From IMG/VR virus record IMGVR_UViG_3300006802_000092, positions 6,815-70,814 of that record: 64,000 nucleotides of DNA. One strand, written 5' to 3'. The translations under genes and the position numbers were made by a program. Of the stretch, positions 29,501 through 39,270 are shown in pieces (position 1 is the stretch's first letter; each line of letters begins with the position of its first letter). The stretch is from a virus. The notes beneath the pieces were generated by a model. The model worked only from the letters and a program-made list of their open reading frames with translations, had not been told where the DNA came from and searched no databases.

Positions 29501-32500
29501 CCTTGAATTTGACGATGAGACATTTACAAGAGATAGTAGGACTGTAAACCACTTCTTTGCCATAGAAAAGAGCATGTACCAGACAATTTCTGAAGAGATG
29601 CTAAACATGTTCTCTACAATTGTTGGGTTTAATAACCTAATTGGAGAGCCTGTCAATAAATACCGCCAAGAATACAAGGACTTACGCAAGCTAAGAAGTT
29701 TGTTTTTCGAAAATGTAGAAAACACTCCTGATCTTGATAAGTACGTTGACTTTTATCGATGGATCGACTCATCATTATCAATCATTTTACGACAGTTCAT
29801 TCCTGCTTCTGCTAACACATCTGAAGATGTTCGGACTATGATTGAGAGCCACGTACTGGAAAGACCTAAGTATCATGCAAAGTTCCCAACTATAGACCTT
29901 AAGGCAAGGACCCCAATGACGGCCCTTGAGGTTTCTGGTAAGGCTGGGGGAGTTTTTGAACTCTTGCCTGAAGATATTGAAAATTGGAGACACGCTCATG
30001 CTCCTGTGTCTAATTTAGAGTCTGACAACACTGTTTACTGGAAATATGCTGAAGCAACTCACCCTGTCCTATCTTCAAGTGATGATGGAGTCAACCAGAC
30101 AAGGGCTGCAATTATACAAAGTAAAGTGTCTGATAGGGCGAGGAGAAGAGGAACGCCCGTAAAGATATCTTTTGAGGCAGACTCCGAGGACAAGACATCA
30201 AGATTTGGAACTGGTAGGAAGGTTATTCACGGTGGCACCAATCTTCCCCAAACAACAAGACCTGGTGCTTTTATCGACAAGTACACAGAAAATTACGGTA
30301 CCGTCGTAACTACCGCCACGAGAGAAAGCGATTCAATTAGAGACATAGATGATGTAATTCATCCTATGCATAAAAAATACTTTACCTATTCAGCGGATAA
30401 TGCATTTGATGGTATAAAAGCGCAAAACTATCTTCCATTCAGGTATCTAAGTGGCAGCTTAGACACCGGCTACAACACCACCTTTACTGATTTCCAGGCT
30501 GTCAATATACACTCATTTGAATCTTACCACTTGGGTGGAGAAATCCCAATGCAAACTCCGTTTACTGAAAAGTTTGTAGGAGGATTTTTGTCAAGGCATC
30601 AAGGCATATCGGATGGTACTGACGATGCTTCAAATAGAGCAGAAAGCTTTTATGTTGGCCAAACTGCGACAGCCCTTAGATTCCGAGGTTTAGATGAGGC
30701 AGGCCAATGGCCTCGCGCAACAAGACCATACTCTGTCTTTACAAGAAATGTAAAAGTCAAAAGACCAGTTAACATCGAAAACCTACAGATAACCACTGGT
30801 AGTGAGACTCTAGGAAACTACACGAACATTAGAGAGGTAGTACAAGTATCGGGAAGAGCAAGTGGAGATTCGCAGTTCGTAAGAAACGAAGGTGTAGTTG
30901 TAAGCAACATTACGTCTAGCTTAATAACGGGGATTGTCGATACCGAGGTGCAATTCTTGTCTAGTTCTGCTCACATGATGACTACAAGATTTTCATCACC
31001 CGGAGGCCCAGATACTGCACACGGGGCTTTAGATACGGCAACAACACAGTTTAGTGTTTACAATGCCCTTCCATACAGAAATCTATTAGTAAGAAACCCT
31101 CTTAGGGTCTTACTGTCGGCCTCTTCAGCACAGTTTGGCTTCAAAGACGGTGTATCACCAGCCGTAGATGATTATTCTGGGGTTGCAAACTACTTTAAGG
31201 TCAACAGAAATACACTTAACAGGATAGAATACAGTAACGAATTTGTTGGGGATCTAGGGACGGTAGCCACCGCATCTGTACGAGACAACGCCTTTGTCAC
31301 TAAGCCGATACCACAGAGCGACTTGCAGTATACTTGGCTCACCTCATCCTACGAGTCAACTCCTGTCGGAGGCACTCGTGCTAGCGGTAGAACCATGCTT
31401 GGCTATGCTCCAAGAGATTTTGAGGTCTCCACTTCTGCCGGCTATGAAAACGCAATTACATTTAATGCACAAAGTGAGTATTCAGCAAGCGCTACAGCAG
31501 GATTGGTTGATTCACCTTCAAGACTAAGTATTATAATACGAGACCCGGTCTCTGCATCGGCACAAGTTTTAGGCTTCCCTCTAGGGACGGCTGTTGGACA
31601 AATAGACAGCCCGTATGTTAAGGTAGATGTTGATGCAGACCAATCCATAGGATTCTTGCCTGATGCTGGCGGTGATGGTGTCCTAGGCGGCGTCTCACCA
31701 GCTATTTTCTACAACCGTGGCTATGTCTACGGTTACAGCACATGGAAGCAAATAAGAGGGTATGAGCACCCTGTTGCGCAAACGCTCAGGGAAAGCCATA
31801 TTATTTCTTCCCTAAGCTCTGACAAACAAAGCTATACGACTGATGGTCGAGTCTTGCCAGCCCAGAGGTATGGCTCCTTCAAACAATTCAGGGAATCACC
31901 AATTATTTCAAAGTATAAGCCACTAGTACAGATGCTTGACGAATACGATATCGTCTCAACATATGGAAACAATTTAAGCTTTTTCTCAAGCTATGAGCTT
32001 AATGAGAGACAGGAACTATCAAGAGAAGTTTCTGACGTTTATAGCAGTACAAAGAGGCTGTATGGAGAATATGGTTTTGCTGGACTGACTTATGAAGAAA
32101 CTGTATACCCATCCGAGAGAAATGTTTACGATAACAGAATTCGTCAACGCGAGGGTTATACAATTGATTTTTGGCACTCTGATAGAGCAACAAGAACTTC
32201 AAACAGGACTGATAAGGTTAGCCTTGGCGGCTTTGACAAATACAGTATTTGGGCGATGGATGGCATTTACAATAGCACTACTGGTGTTGAGTTGGAGAAC
32301 GCTGAGTCAAGTGTGAAAGCTGAAAACCACGAAGAAGGCGATGCTTCCACCACAGGAGAGCTTCAAAACTATTCTACCCAAGGCCACTTTGGTACAAAAA
32401 CAGCTATTACGGCTTCTGCCCTTTACGCACATAAACACTTTGTCGCAACAAGTGCTTCAGTCGTTGCTCCATCGGGACTTGTCGCTATAAATGCTGCAAA

Positions 32501-34973
32501 TGCCGCTGGATTAACGTTTGGGAACATTGGCATTGGCGGAGGTAACGCAAAATGGCAAACTGGTGAAATGGCTGGTAGAATTGTGAACGGTGTGTTTGTC
32601 ACTGGCTCTAGCGAAAGATCAAACCCTGCTTACGATACTTACGCGGACTACGCGGAGGAAATAAGGGTTCACGGCAAAGACTACTCGGTTGTACCAGAGT
32701 TTAGAATAAGCGATCACATAGCCTACTACATGTCATCAGGAGATTTTCTTACAGAAAACACTGGAGCGTTTGACATCTTCGGAGCCACAGAGTCAACTGA
32801 CTTCCCTACGAACAGTAAGTTTGAAGAATTCTACAATGTCTATTCTAATTCAGATTTCTTAAAATACTTTGATCTAGTTGAAGAAGAACACGCAGAGTTA
32901 ACAGATGGTAGAAAGATAACACTTACCTGTAATGCTCTTATGAAGTTCTTGCCGTATAACGGTTTCTACCCAGCGGAAAGAACATTACAGATGGCTACTC
33001 AGTTCTCTTCTTCCTACGCCGATTTCGTTACCTACACGGGCACTGACTCGTCGCTTGAGAATGCAAAGATTAGGCCATTCTTAGAGACAATGTTTGCCCC
33101 TGGGATCGTATACAACTCCATCAAATCAGGGATTGGAGTTCCGTACCCTGTTCTGACAAGCAGCTACGAGGTACAGACTCTTGACGGCACTTATTATGCT
33201 ATAAGCGCGAGTGATGCAAGCAACCCATTCCAGCACATAGCGTTTGAAGCGGCAGTGGAGCCAGAAAAGTACCTGGCCAACATACCAATAGTAGATGCTC
33301 AGCCTCACCCATCGGCATCGCTGAACATAACTGCTTCTTGGGGTGGCAGGGGCGATCCTCTATACAGAATGATGGCTAGTAACTTCTTTGGAGAATGCCC
33401 AGAGTTCTTCTTACCAAACGGTAACATGACAACAATCACTTCTTTGCCTGAGAGTGACCCAAGGTTTGGCAATGCTGTGTCGGGCAATGTTTACTGCGCC
33501 AGAATCAAAATGTACCGCAGCATGAACATTAATAGGACTTCGCCCACTGACTATGAAATACCTCAGGATAATCCTACACAAACAGACCTTCATGAAACAT
33601 TCACGATGTACAGTAGACCATCGGCCTTTTACCATTCAGTAAGTGGCAGGAATGCTTTGACAGCTAATACTGACCACGACGGTACGTATGCTCAGAGGAT
33701 GATGGACAGCTACAATGGGTATAACTGGGTCGCCACTCCACCCTACTATCACGGAGAAGCTTGGGTAGACATTCAGTTTACTGCAACGGAAACAAAGAAA
33801 TATAAGCTAGAAGAGATATTGGGCAACATAGATGGAACTTTTGATATAAGATTCGATAGAAATGAAAGTTTTGGAAACAATGGCGGCTACTATCAAAACG
33901 CTGCTAATGGAATACGCACAAATATCTTGAATCTCACCGACGTTCTGATTACAGATGGCAGGGCCAGAGTGAAATCAGTAACCTATGACCCGGTAACCGG
34001 GGAGGCTGTAGAGGTAAGCGACGACCCAACGGCTAGCCACGTAAGCATGGTCATCCAACCAAAATGGGAAACGCCTATGTTCAACTTTGCCTCTTCGTCA
34101 GTTGACCTGGTTTCTAACCTTTCTGTTCCTACGTATGCTTCAGAGTCTGTGCCAAGGGGAATGTGGCACCAATTTGGGTTGCCACCAGAGACACCAGAAA
34201 AGGGTATCTTCTTGCAGATGACAGATATTCCCCAAGAGTGGTTAAAGTACCACCCCCAGGTGGGTGCTGATTTCTATGGGAATGGAGATGCCAAGTCTCT
34301 TGTTGATCTTTTGGGAATAGACCAGACACCAAGAAGGCTTGGTGAGCTTGCAAAAGCAAAAGAAGTTAGTGAAGCCGTTGTTGCAGTGCCGTTTGTACAG
34401 AATGGGTCTACTAAGGAATTCTTTGAAATTTCTGCGGACCTGTTTAAGAGGGCATTGAACAGAGAGTTGGGCTCAGACAACTCTGTCCAAGCGATGGTCG
34501 AAAAGATGTCTAACTATGTGTTCCCTCCAAAGATGGATTTTATTACAAATCCATCTGTTGCACCGATAGCAATGTACATATTTGAATTTACGCATAAGTT
34601 CGATTCTGACGACCTTACTCATATATGGCAGAACTTGCCTCCAAAATCAATTGAAAGAGTGGAAAGAAAGTCTGTTGAGGTTTCACACGAGTTGCTGGAA
34701 GACCAGCTTCTTGGGTCTGGCCCCCTTTCGGACAAACTGCAGTGGATGGTTTTCAAGGTTAAGAAAAAGGCAGTCAAGAACTACTTCTCAAAGGTTGCTT
34801 CGAAAACAGGTGACAGCTTAGATGATGATAGGTTCAAGTTTAGTTTCGAAGTTGCAGGTAAAAAGACACAGCAGGTAGATTACAGCTACAACTGGCCTTA
34901 TGATTTCTTCTCGTTGGTAGAACTAGTTAAGATAGACGCCAAAGTCGACCTTACAGGTAAGGAGGAAGAATGA
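26505..34973 (+). CDS. Giant baseplate wedge/tail protein with LamG (concanavalin A-like) domains (2822 aa)
   Basis: TIEFWLK...WRHYA...VYVDG...IGA...DEFRYW (LamG); YKSKGTEKSFRNIIRCYG resembles the gp7/P2 gpI-like wedge motif. Confidence 0.7.
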   Translation: MSTKNLFDKGKSYKTLSSVDPATLGLDAESYRNIQAQNVDKDRFIPNVDFSSASNFVVYGSAKKYYESAFDRIRDEFPYDGSSAEKQEFFNSSSYLDLYIYDQEYPKSTGYAIFSADGWGTQSSETVGWGVSGDLEYIEFYGGPHTASNGMVNKTIHSEFSASNIYDTDIYDTEGVLSLGQEGTRESNLKFSWPKGQTIEFWLKKDEFIDTLTEKEVIFDLWNGEASGSDSYGRLTIYLTASSTPMRMNVMSGTTGLADVNLDTGLTDSTLANGDWRHYALAFKSGSSQAEIKVYVDGSPVSTLNSALNFQEVTGALRARIGALTSTPSGNAYHGIDLAGAGKLSASVDEFRYWKVQRSHEEVSKNYFRHVDGGTNTDISNTELGVYFKFNEGITTNSTTDSTVLDYSGRITNGTWVGYPSSNARNTGSAIVSASASDREVEDPIIHSNHPDVTSKRSALSLSGSSYDYQNNSSIYYTLPSWIIEQEEEEGGELLNLTQIIGSYFDTLHSQISEVPKLKNISYASSSHKPYPFSGRLLESNGLFAPEIFVDASVLEQFKDQSETELYEKDIAEIKNLIYQNIYNNLVYIYKSKGTEKSFRNIIRCYGVDDELIKINLYGNNVTHKLRDNFRSSITKRRFADFNHPDRFEATVTHQTSSTNANTLDVTYISCSSNPSTAEVEVIFPKKFEPSDAKYFSTNFLSSSIFGYHRVKTSNSLQDFSGYAASTDRSLQVYAVRTYSGSNDAYFVLENPAQSIFVTSSVYENIYDDTKWNLAVRTYLDKKESAEKVSGSSGTSGESDIIVELYGVNVELGVVKNQFSITASVAQNSTNNGYLSNPRRYYFGAHRTNFTGSLINESDLKITSLRHWNTFLDNNEIISHAKNTNAHGVLRPYESAYVYDTDLEGSRIPRIETLALHWNLDDVSQSDSNGEFLVNDFSSGSIGKRSRYPGDFGHSVGNQYTGRGFFFPASATSSIAVEYVQTAVQNPPEVITSYDMTNILEFDDETFTRDSRTVNHFFAIEKSMYQTISEEMLNMFSTIVGFNNLIGEPVNKYRQEYKDLRKLRSLFFENVENTPDLDKYVDFYRWIDSSLSIILRQFIPASANTSEDVRTMIESHVLERPKYHAKFPTIDLKARTPMTALEVSGKAGGVFELLPEDIENWRHAHAPVSNLESDNTVYWKYAEATHPVLSSSDDGVNQTRAAIIQSKVSDRARRRGTPVKISFEADSEDKTSRFGTGRKVIHGGTNLPQTTRPGAFIDKYTENYGTVVTTATRESDSIRDIDDVIHPMHKKYFTYSADNAFDGIKAQNYLPFRYLSGSLDTGYNTTFTDFQAVNIHSFESYHLGGEIPMQTPFTEKFVGGFLSRHQGISDGTDDASNRAESFYVGQTATALRFRGLDEAGQWPRATRPYSVFTRNVKVKRPVNIENLQITTGSETLGNYTNIREVVQVSGRASGDSQFVRNEGVVVSNITSSLITGIVDTEVQFLSSSAHMMTTRFSSPGGPDTAHGALDTATTQFSVYNALPYRNLLVRNPLRVLLSASSAQFGFKDGVSPAVDDYSGVANYFKVNRNTLNRIEYSNEFVGDLGTVATASVRDNAFVTKPIPQSDLQYTWLTSSYESTPVGGTRASGRTMLGYAPRDFEVSTSAGYENAITFNAQSEYSASATAGLVDSPSRLSIIIRDPVSASAQVLGFPLGTAVGQIDSPYVKVDVDADQSIGFLPDAGGDGVLGGVSPAIFYNRGYVYGYSTWKQIRGYEHPVAQTLRESHIISSLSSDKQSYTTDGRVLPAQRYGSFKQFRESPIISKYKPLVQMLDEYDIVSTYGNNLSFFSSYELNERQELSREVSDVYSSTKRLYGEYGFAGLTYEETVYPSERNVYDNRIRQREGYTIDFWHSDRATRTSNRTDKVSLGGFDKYSIWAMDGIYNSTTGVELENAESSVKAENHEEGDASTTGELQNYSTQGHFGTKTAITASALYAHKHFVATSASVVAPSGLVAINAANAAGLTFGNIGIGGGNAKWQTGEMAGRIVNGVFVTGSSERSNPAYDTYADYAEEIRVHGKDYSVVPEFRISDHIAYYMSSGDFLTENTGAFDIFGATESTDFPTNSKFEEFYNVYSNSDFLKYFDLVEEEHAELTDGRKITLTCNALMKFLPYNGFYPAERTLQMATQFSSSYADFVTYTGTDSSLENAKIRPFLETMFAPGIVYNSIKSGIGVPYPVLTSSYEVQTLDGTYYAISASDASNPFQHIAFEAAVEPEKYLANIPIVDAQPHPSASLNITASWGGRGDPLYRMMASNFFGECPEFFLPNGNMTTITSLPESDPRFGNAVSGNVYCARIKMYRSMNINRTSPTDYEIPQDNPTQTDLHETFTMYSRPSAFYHSVSGRNALTANTDHDGTYAQRMMDSYNGYNWVATPPYYHGEAWVDIQFTATETKKYKLEEILGNIDGTFDIRFDRNESFGNNGGYYQNAANGIRTNILNLTDVLITDGRARVKSVTYDPVTGEAVEVSDDPTASHVSMVIQPKWETPMFNFASSSVDLVSNLSVPTYASESVPRGMWHQFGLPPETPEKGIFLQMTDIPQEWLKYHPQVGADFYGNGDAKSLVDLLGIDQTPRRLGELAKAKEVSEAVVAVPFVQNGSTKEFFEISADLFKRALNRELGSDNSVQAMVEKMSNYVFPPKMDFITNPSVAPIAMYIFEFTHKFDSDDLTHIWQNLPPKSIERVERKSVEVSHELLEDQLLGSGPLSDKLQWMVFKVKKKAVKNYFSKVASKTGDSLDDDRFKFSFEVAGKKTQQVDYSYNWPYDFFSLVELVKIDAKVDLTGKEEE

Positions 34974-36124
34974 AGTTTCTAGATAAAAAAGAAGAAGTCT
35001 TAGATACGGTTTTGACTCCATATGGCGAATACCTGCTTTCTATAGGTCGATTAAAGCCAGAATATTATGCTTTTTTTGATGACAACGTCCTGTATGAAAG
35101 CCAATACGGTAGGCCAAACGAATCTCCTGAAAGAGAGCAGAATTCTATAGAGCCTAGAATACAAGAGGAAACTCCGCAGCTTGCAACACAGGTAGTCTTT
35201 TCTGACAGAAACGTTTTTCACAATACAGGCTTGCTAACGCCCATGCTGGGAACCACTGGCCCTCTGACTCCTACAACAGGGGCAGATGCTACAAAGGCAG
35301 TTTCCGCTGGGGCTGGGCCTGTAGTTCCGGAAGAGCTAGCGTTACCCGCAGAGTTACAACAATCAATAGAGAAGCTTAAATCACTATCCAACACCAGTGC
35401 GTTTGACAGGGATTACTACGGCCCTCAATACGCACTTGGCACAACTGACAAACTTACTACAAAAGCACCAGCATGGTCTGTTACTCTTCTGCGTGGAGAA
35501 ATTGCTTCTTCTACTGATACTTTTACAAGCTCCACAAGGCCGACATTGGATATACCACAAATCAATGTGGATTTGGTTTACAAGATAGACACTATAGCAA
35601 ACAGAGATTTTATATCAGATACCGAACTAGCTATGGAGTTTGAAAACGGAGAATTCCTAGACATCGACCCAGAGATACTACTATGTCAAATTAAAGAGTT
35701 AAACTCTGAATTTACAAAAGATAACTTTGAGATTGAAGTATTTGAAGTTACCACTGAGGGCGTTGCTGGTTTAGAATCATCTGTTGTGGAGAGATTGAGG
35801 CCACTAAAGTTTAGACGTAGACCATCCAATATCCAAAATGGAATTCTTTTAGATGATGACGAGATTGTAAGCACAAACGAGCCGATAACGCCTGAAAACG
35901 TTGAGTATTACTTTAATATATATGTTGATAGTCAAATCAACAGCCAACTTATTTGCTCTTCGATTGAGGAAAACAAGAAAGATGGTAGGTACATCAATGT
36001 TGATTTTGAGTGCGAAGATGTGAAAAATATTGCACTCGTAGATATTTACAGTACAGACGCAGCATCTGAGCCTTGCCCAGACTTGGATGACCCTTGTAGC
36101 GACAAGCCTGGAACTATTTATTAA
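34970..36124 (+). CDS. Tail/baseplate structural protein
   Basis: N-terminus (DTVLTPYG..LL..G....YYAFFDDNVLY) is paralogous to 42942..43832. Confidence 0.6.
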   Translation: MKFLDKKEEVLDTVLTPYGEYLLSIGRLKPEYYAFFDDNVLYESQYGRPNESPEREQNSIEPRIQEETPQLATQVVFSDRNVFHNTGLLTPMLGTTGPLTPTTGADATKAVSAGAGPVVPEELALPAELQQSIEKLKSLSNTSAFDRDYYGPQYALGTTDKLTTKAPAWSVTLLRGEIASSTDTFTSSTRPTLDIPQINVDLVYKIDTIANRDFISDTELAMEFENGEFLDIDPEILLCQIKELNSEFTKDNFEIEVFEVTTEGVAGLESSVVERLRPLKFRRRPSNIQNGILLDDDEIVSTNEPITPENVEYYFNIYVDSQINSQLICSSIEENKKDGRYINVDFECEDVKNIALVDIYSTDAASEPCPDLDDPCSDKPGTIY

Positions 36125-39100
36125 TGCTTTCAAGAAACGAAGTTTTAAGAAAATTAGTTGGTGAAAGACTTCCTTATGTTTTCATCGATTCCATTGTACT
36201 GAGTGATCCTACTTCTTTGCGAAGTGAAGACACGCTTACAAATGATGTAGACAGGCCCGAGTTTATAAGAAACAGATATGGAAATAATAATTTAGCTCCC
36301 GGCTCTAGGAACCTGGATACGGAAGATAAGCAAGCTGTTACAGCTACAATCACTGTCTCAATGAATGATTTATTACATAAACCTCATTGGTACAATCCGT
36401 CCATTCTTGGTTCCCTGACTATCAAAGTGTTGTGCGCTACTTCAAGTGCAGCCTTCAATTATATAAAGAGTCCGCAGGCTACATCGCTTGCGGGAGTGCC
36501 AAAGAGGCTGAAAAAACACATAAAAGAAAGAACACTTACATTCCCGACCAACAAAACTCTTAAAGATTATGCCGTAAGACAACTATCTGAGCACAATGAT
36601 ACTCTGTGTACCATAAAACTGAAAAGGCAATTCCGACTAGAGTCAGACTTTATTGGGTTTGCCGTCTTTCCCGCTTTTGAGCCTCTTGGGCTACAAGGAA
36701 GAAGAACTTCGCAAAAGGCACTCTCTAACGGAAAAACCAATTTTACTTCTTACACATTTTATTCAAAAGATGGCAGCGTATGGAAAGGGCCTGTGCATAG
36801 GCACCCTACGATTGGGTTTATGGAGGGCGCTAGACACACAGAACGACCACACGGAGAACTCACAGTTGTAGAACACGAAAATGTAGTAAGAGATCATAGA
36901 ATATTTGGACAGATGAGGCAGCTGCAGCAGCAAGTATCTCTGTCTTCGCCAGAGGAGCCAAAAAGGGTATACTCAAATGTGTTCCTTAGCGGAGATTCTA
37001 GCGGTATTGTTAGGGGGATGTTTGCTTTCGACTTAGAAGGCTTTTTACGACAGAACTCTGAATTCAATCGGCTTATAAATGTAAGAAATAGAAAAAAGAT
37101 CATGTCTCTTGCAAGAATTAGCGATTTAAGAGTCTACAGGGATAAGATCTATGATTTTGAAGGAGGATATTCAAGAGAGTCTGGTGCGATGAAAGCACGA
37201 GCCCCAGAAAGAACAGTAATAGTGTCAAGTTCTGACTCTGGACTTCCCGCTGGGAGTGTTGCAAGAGCGCAAAACAAAATTGATGAAGACGGTGACGAAA
37301 TAAAAGAAAAAACAGTTGGATACCTTGAGCAGTTGAATATTGCTGGGCTGGGGACTAAAAAGGCATTCTCTTTTGTGGATTCCGAGGCTTCCGAATTGGC
37401 AGGTGGAACTTATAGGTATGGAGTCGAAATAGAGATTACAGACCCTACAAAAAAGTTCCTCAACATGCGCCTCAACACTTTGCGCAGAGCAAGAAACATC
37501 ATCATGTCATACTATGAAGAAGCAAAGAGTCCTTCCAACTTCAACTCAGCTACTGGTCAATTTACCTATGAATATCTTTCATACCTAAAGAAAATTTATA
37601 ATTTAGATGTTAAGATCAAGGGAAACGCCAATAAGCCTACAAGTTTGCCGTGGAGAACTTCTCCTATGCTGTACTTTAACGCACTAGAGGAGCTACTTGG
37701 GCGAAAAATATCAAGAAGGCAAAAGAAGAGCTTGCAAAAGAGTCTATATCCATCAACTGGTGGTCTGGAAGGGGTGGAAAACTATATTGATCTCCTCGAC
37801 TCTCTAATAGCATCATTGAGCGGCCTTGAGGTCTCGCAGAGCGAGAACACTTCTAGGTCCTCTGGGGGCAGGAACAAGCCTCAGAGAGACGACAAGCTTA
37901 GAAGTAGCAGAGAGTTCTCTGAGAGGCCCTGGAAGGCTTCTAAGCACACCAACAGCAAGGTCTACCTCAACTACATGAGGGGAGCCCTAGCAAAGAGCCC
38001 TGGAAGGCTGCCAAGAGTCAACAGGAACAGTCTACTCAATCGTTTTAGTGTGGAAGCTAACAAGTTCTTTCCAGAAGTTGTAGGCAAAAACGAAAGAGAA
38101 GTAACAAATGAAGACCTAAAGGGATTTAGAAAAGTATATAACTCTTCACTAACCCCAACTGTCGTTGAAACTAAAGAAGAAGAAATAGTATTGTCTAGAA
38201 CTCTAGAGGGATCTTTTGAAAGGGCTCACGGCGCTCTTAAGGCAGACGAGAAATCAGCCGAGTACAGTGAGGGTACAGTTGATGATACTTTAGCTGGGAT
38301 GGGCGTCAGAATTGAAAACCGTAGATTAAAGAGAAAGAAAAACAGAAAGTTCAGCAACTCTACAGAGTATTTTGGAGAAAATAGAAATTTCCAAACTAAG
38401 ACTGGTGACGACAAAAGAGAGGAAGCCTACGCGACTGAGGATCCTAAACAAAGTGAACTAAAAGATAAATTGCTCACAAAAGAGAAGCAGCAAGAAGAAG
38501 AAACCCCTGTTAGCAGAAAAGATTCTTTGCCAAGAAGATATTTAAAAATTCGTAGACGCATGAGACAGGCCAAACAGCAGCAGGGCGAAACGATTGATAC
38601 AAAGGCTGAAGAATCAGAGGTAAAAGAAGAAGAAGTACTAGAAAAAACAATTGCCTCTGTCAAGTATATAACTGGTTTCGATAGCGCTATGGAGCCAATC
38701 TATAGTAAAACTGTGCCTGTGTCCGCAGAGCAAGTTGTCTTTGTTATAGAGAAAGAAGAAACAACAGACGGCTCAAGTCCCGACAATCAGCAGATAAGCG
38801 ACTCCTTGGGCATCATCGAAACCAGCGGTGAGACAATTCCACAAGAAAAGCTCAAAGAAGATGACCCATGTGACGACACAATAATTGAACAAGAAACAAT
38901 TCCAGACAAGCCAGTGGAGCAGGAAGATCCTTGCGGTGACGGGCAAAAATATAATCCTGTAACCGGTGAATGTGAAGACATCGAAATTACAGTCCCTAAT
39001 CCTCAGGATGAAAGAGACCCGCCAGTCCAAGATGTAGAACCAGAGCCACAAACTGTTGTAACAGAAGAGGTTATTCCTCCAAAACCAACAGAAGCGCCCC

Positions 39101-39270
39101 TAGCTCCTCAACCAACAGTATCGGTTGACGCTACTCCTGTTGCAGTTTCTGAGCAGCAGCAAGGCTACTTTGTTCGTAGGAGGATATTGCCAGAGTCCAA
39201 CTCCACTGAAACTGTGCAAAACGATTCGCAAGCAACTACTTTAACTAGAGGAGGCTCAAGTGGCTACTAA
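36124..39270 (+). CDS. Large hypothetical virion-associated protein (1048 aa)
   Basis: Long ORF in the tail module preceded by ACTATTTA (36113-36120); basic N-half and acidic/Pro-rich C-terminus. Confidence 0.6.
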   Translation: MLSRNEVLRKLVGERLPYVFIDSIVLSDPTSLRSEDTLTNDVDRPEFIRNRYGNNNLAPGSRNLDTEDKQAVTATITVSMNDLLHKPHWYNPSILGSLTIKVLCATSSAAFNYIKSPQATSLAGVPKRLKKHIKERTLTFPTNKTLKDYAVRQLSEHNDTLCTIKLKRQFRLESDFIGFAVFPAFEPLGLQGRRTSQKALSNGKTNFTSYTFYSKDGSVWKGPVHRHPTIGFMEGARHTERPHGELTVVEHENVVRDHRIFGQMRQLQQQVSLSSPEEPKRVYSNVFLSGDSSGIVRGMFAFDLEGFLRQNSEFNRLINVRNRKKIMSLARISDLRVYRDKIYDFEGGYSRESGAMKARAPERTVIVSSSDSGLPAGSVARAQNKIDEDGDEIKEKTVGYLEQLNIAGLGTKKAFSFVDSEASELAGGTYRYGVEIEITDPTKKFLNMRLNTLRRARNIIMSYYEEAKSPSNFNSATGQFTYEYLSYLKKIYNLDVKIKGNANKPTSLPWRTSPMLYFNALEELLGRKISRRQKKSLQKSLYPSTGGLEGVENYIDLLDSLIASLSGLEVSQSENTSRSSGGRNKPQRDDKLRSSREFSERPWKASKHTNSKVYLNYMRGALAKSPGRLPRVNRNSLLNRFSVEANKFFPEVVGKNEREVTNEDLKGFRKVYNSSLTPTVVETKEEEIVLSRTLEGSFERAHGALKADEKSAEYSEGTVDDTLAGMGVRIENRRLKRKKNRKFSNSTEYFGENRNFQTKTGDDKREEAYATEDPKQSELKDKLLTKEKQQEEETPVSRKDSLPRRYLKIRRRMRQAKQQQGETIDTKAEESEVKEEEVLEKTIASVKYITGFDSAMEPIYSKTVPVSAEQVVFVIEKEETTDGSSPDNQQISDSLGIIETSGETIPQEKLKEDDPCDDTIIEQETIPDKPVEQEDPCGDGQKYNPVTGECEDIEITVPNPQDERDPPVQDVEPEPQTVVTEEVIPPKPTEAPLAPQPTVSVDATPVAVSEQQQGYFVRRRILPESNSTETVQNDSQATTLTRGGSSGY

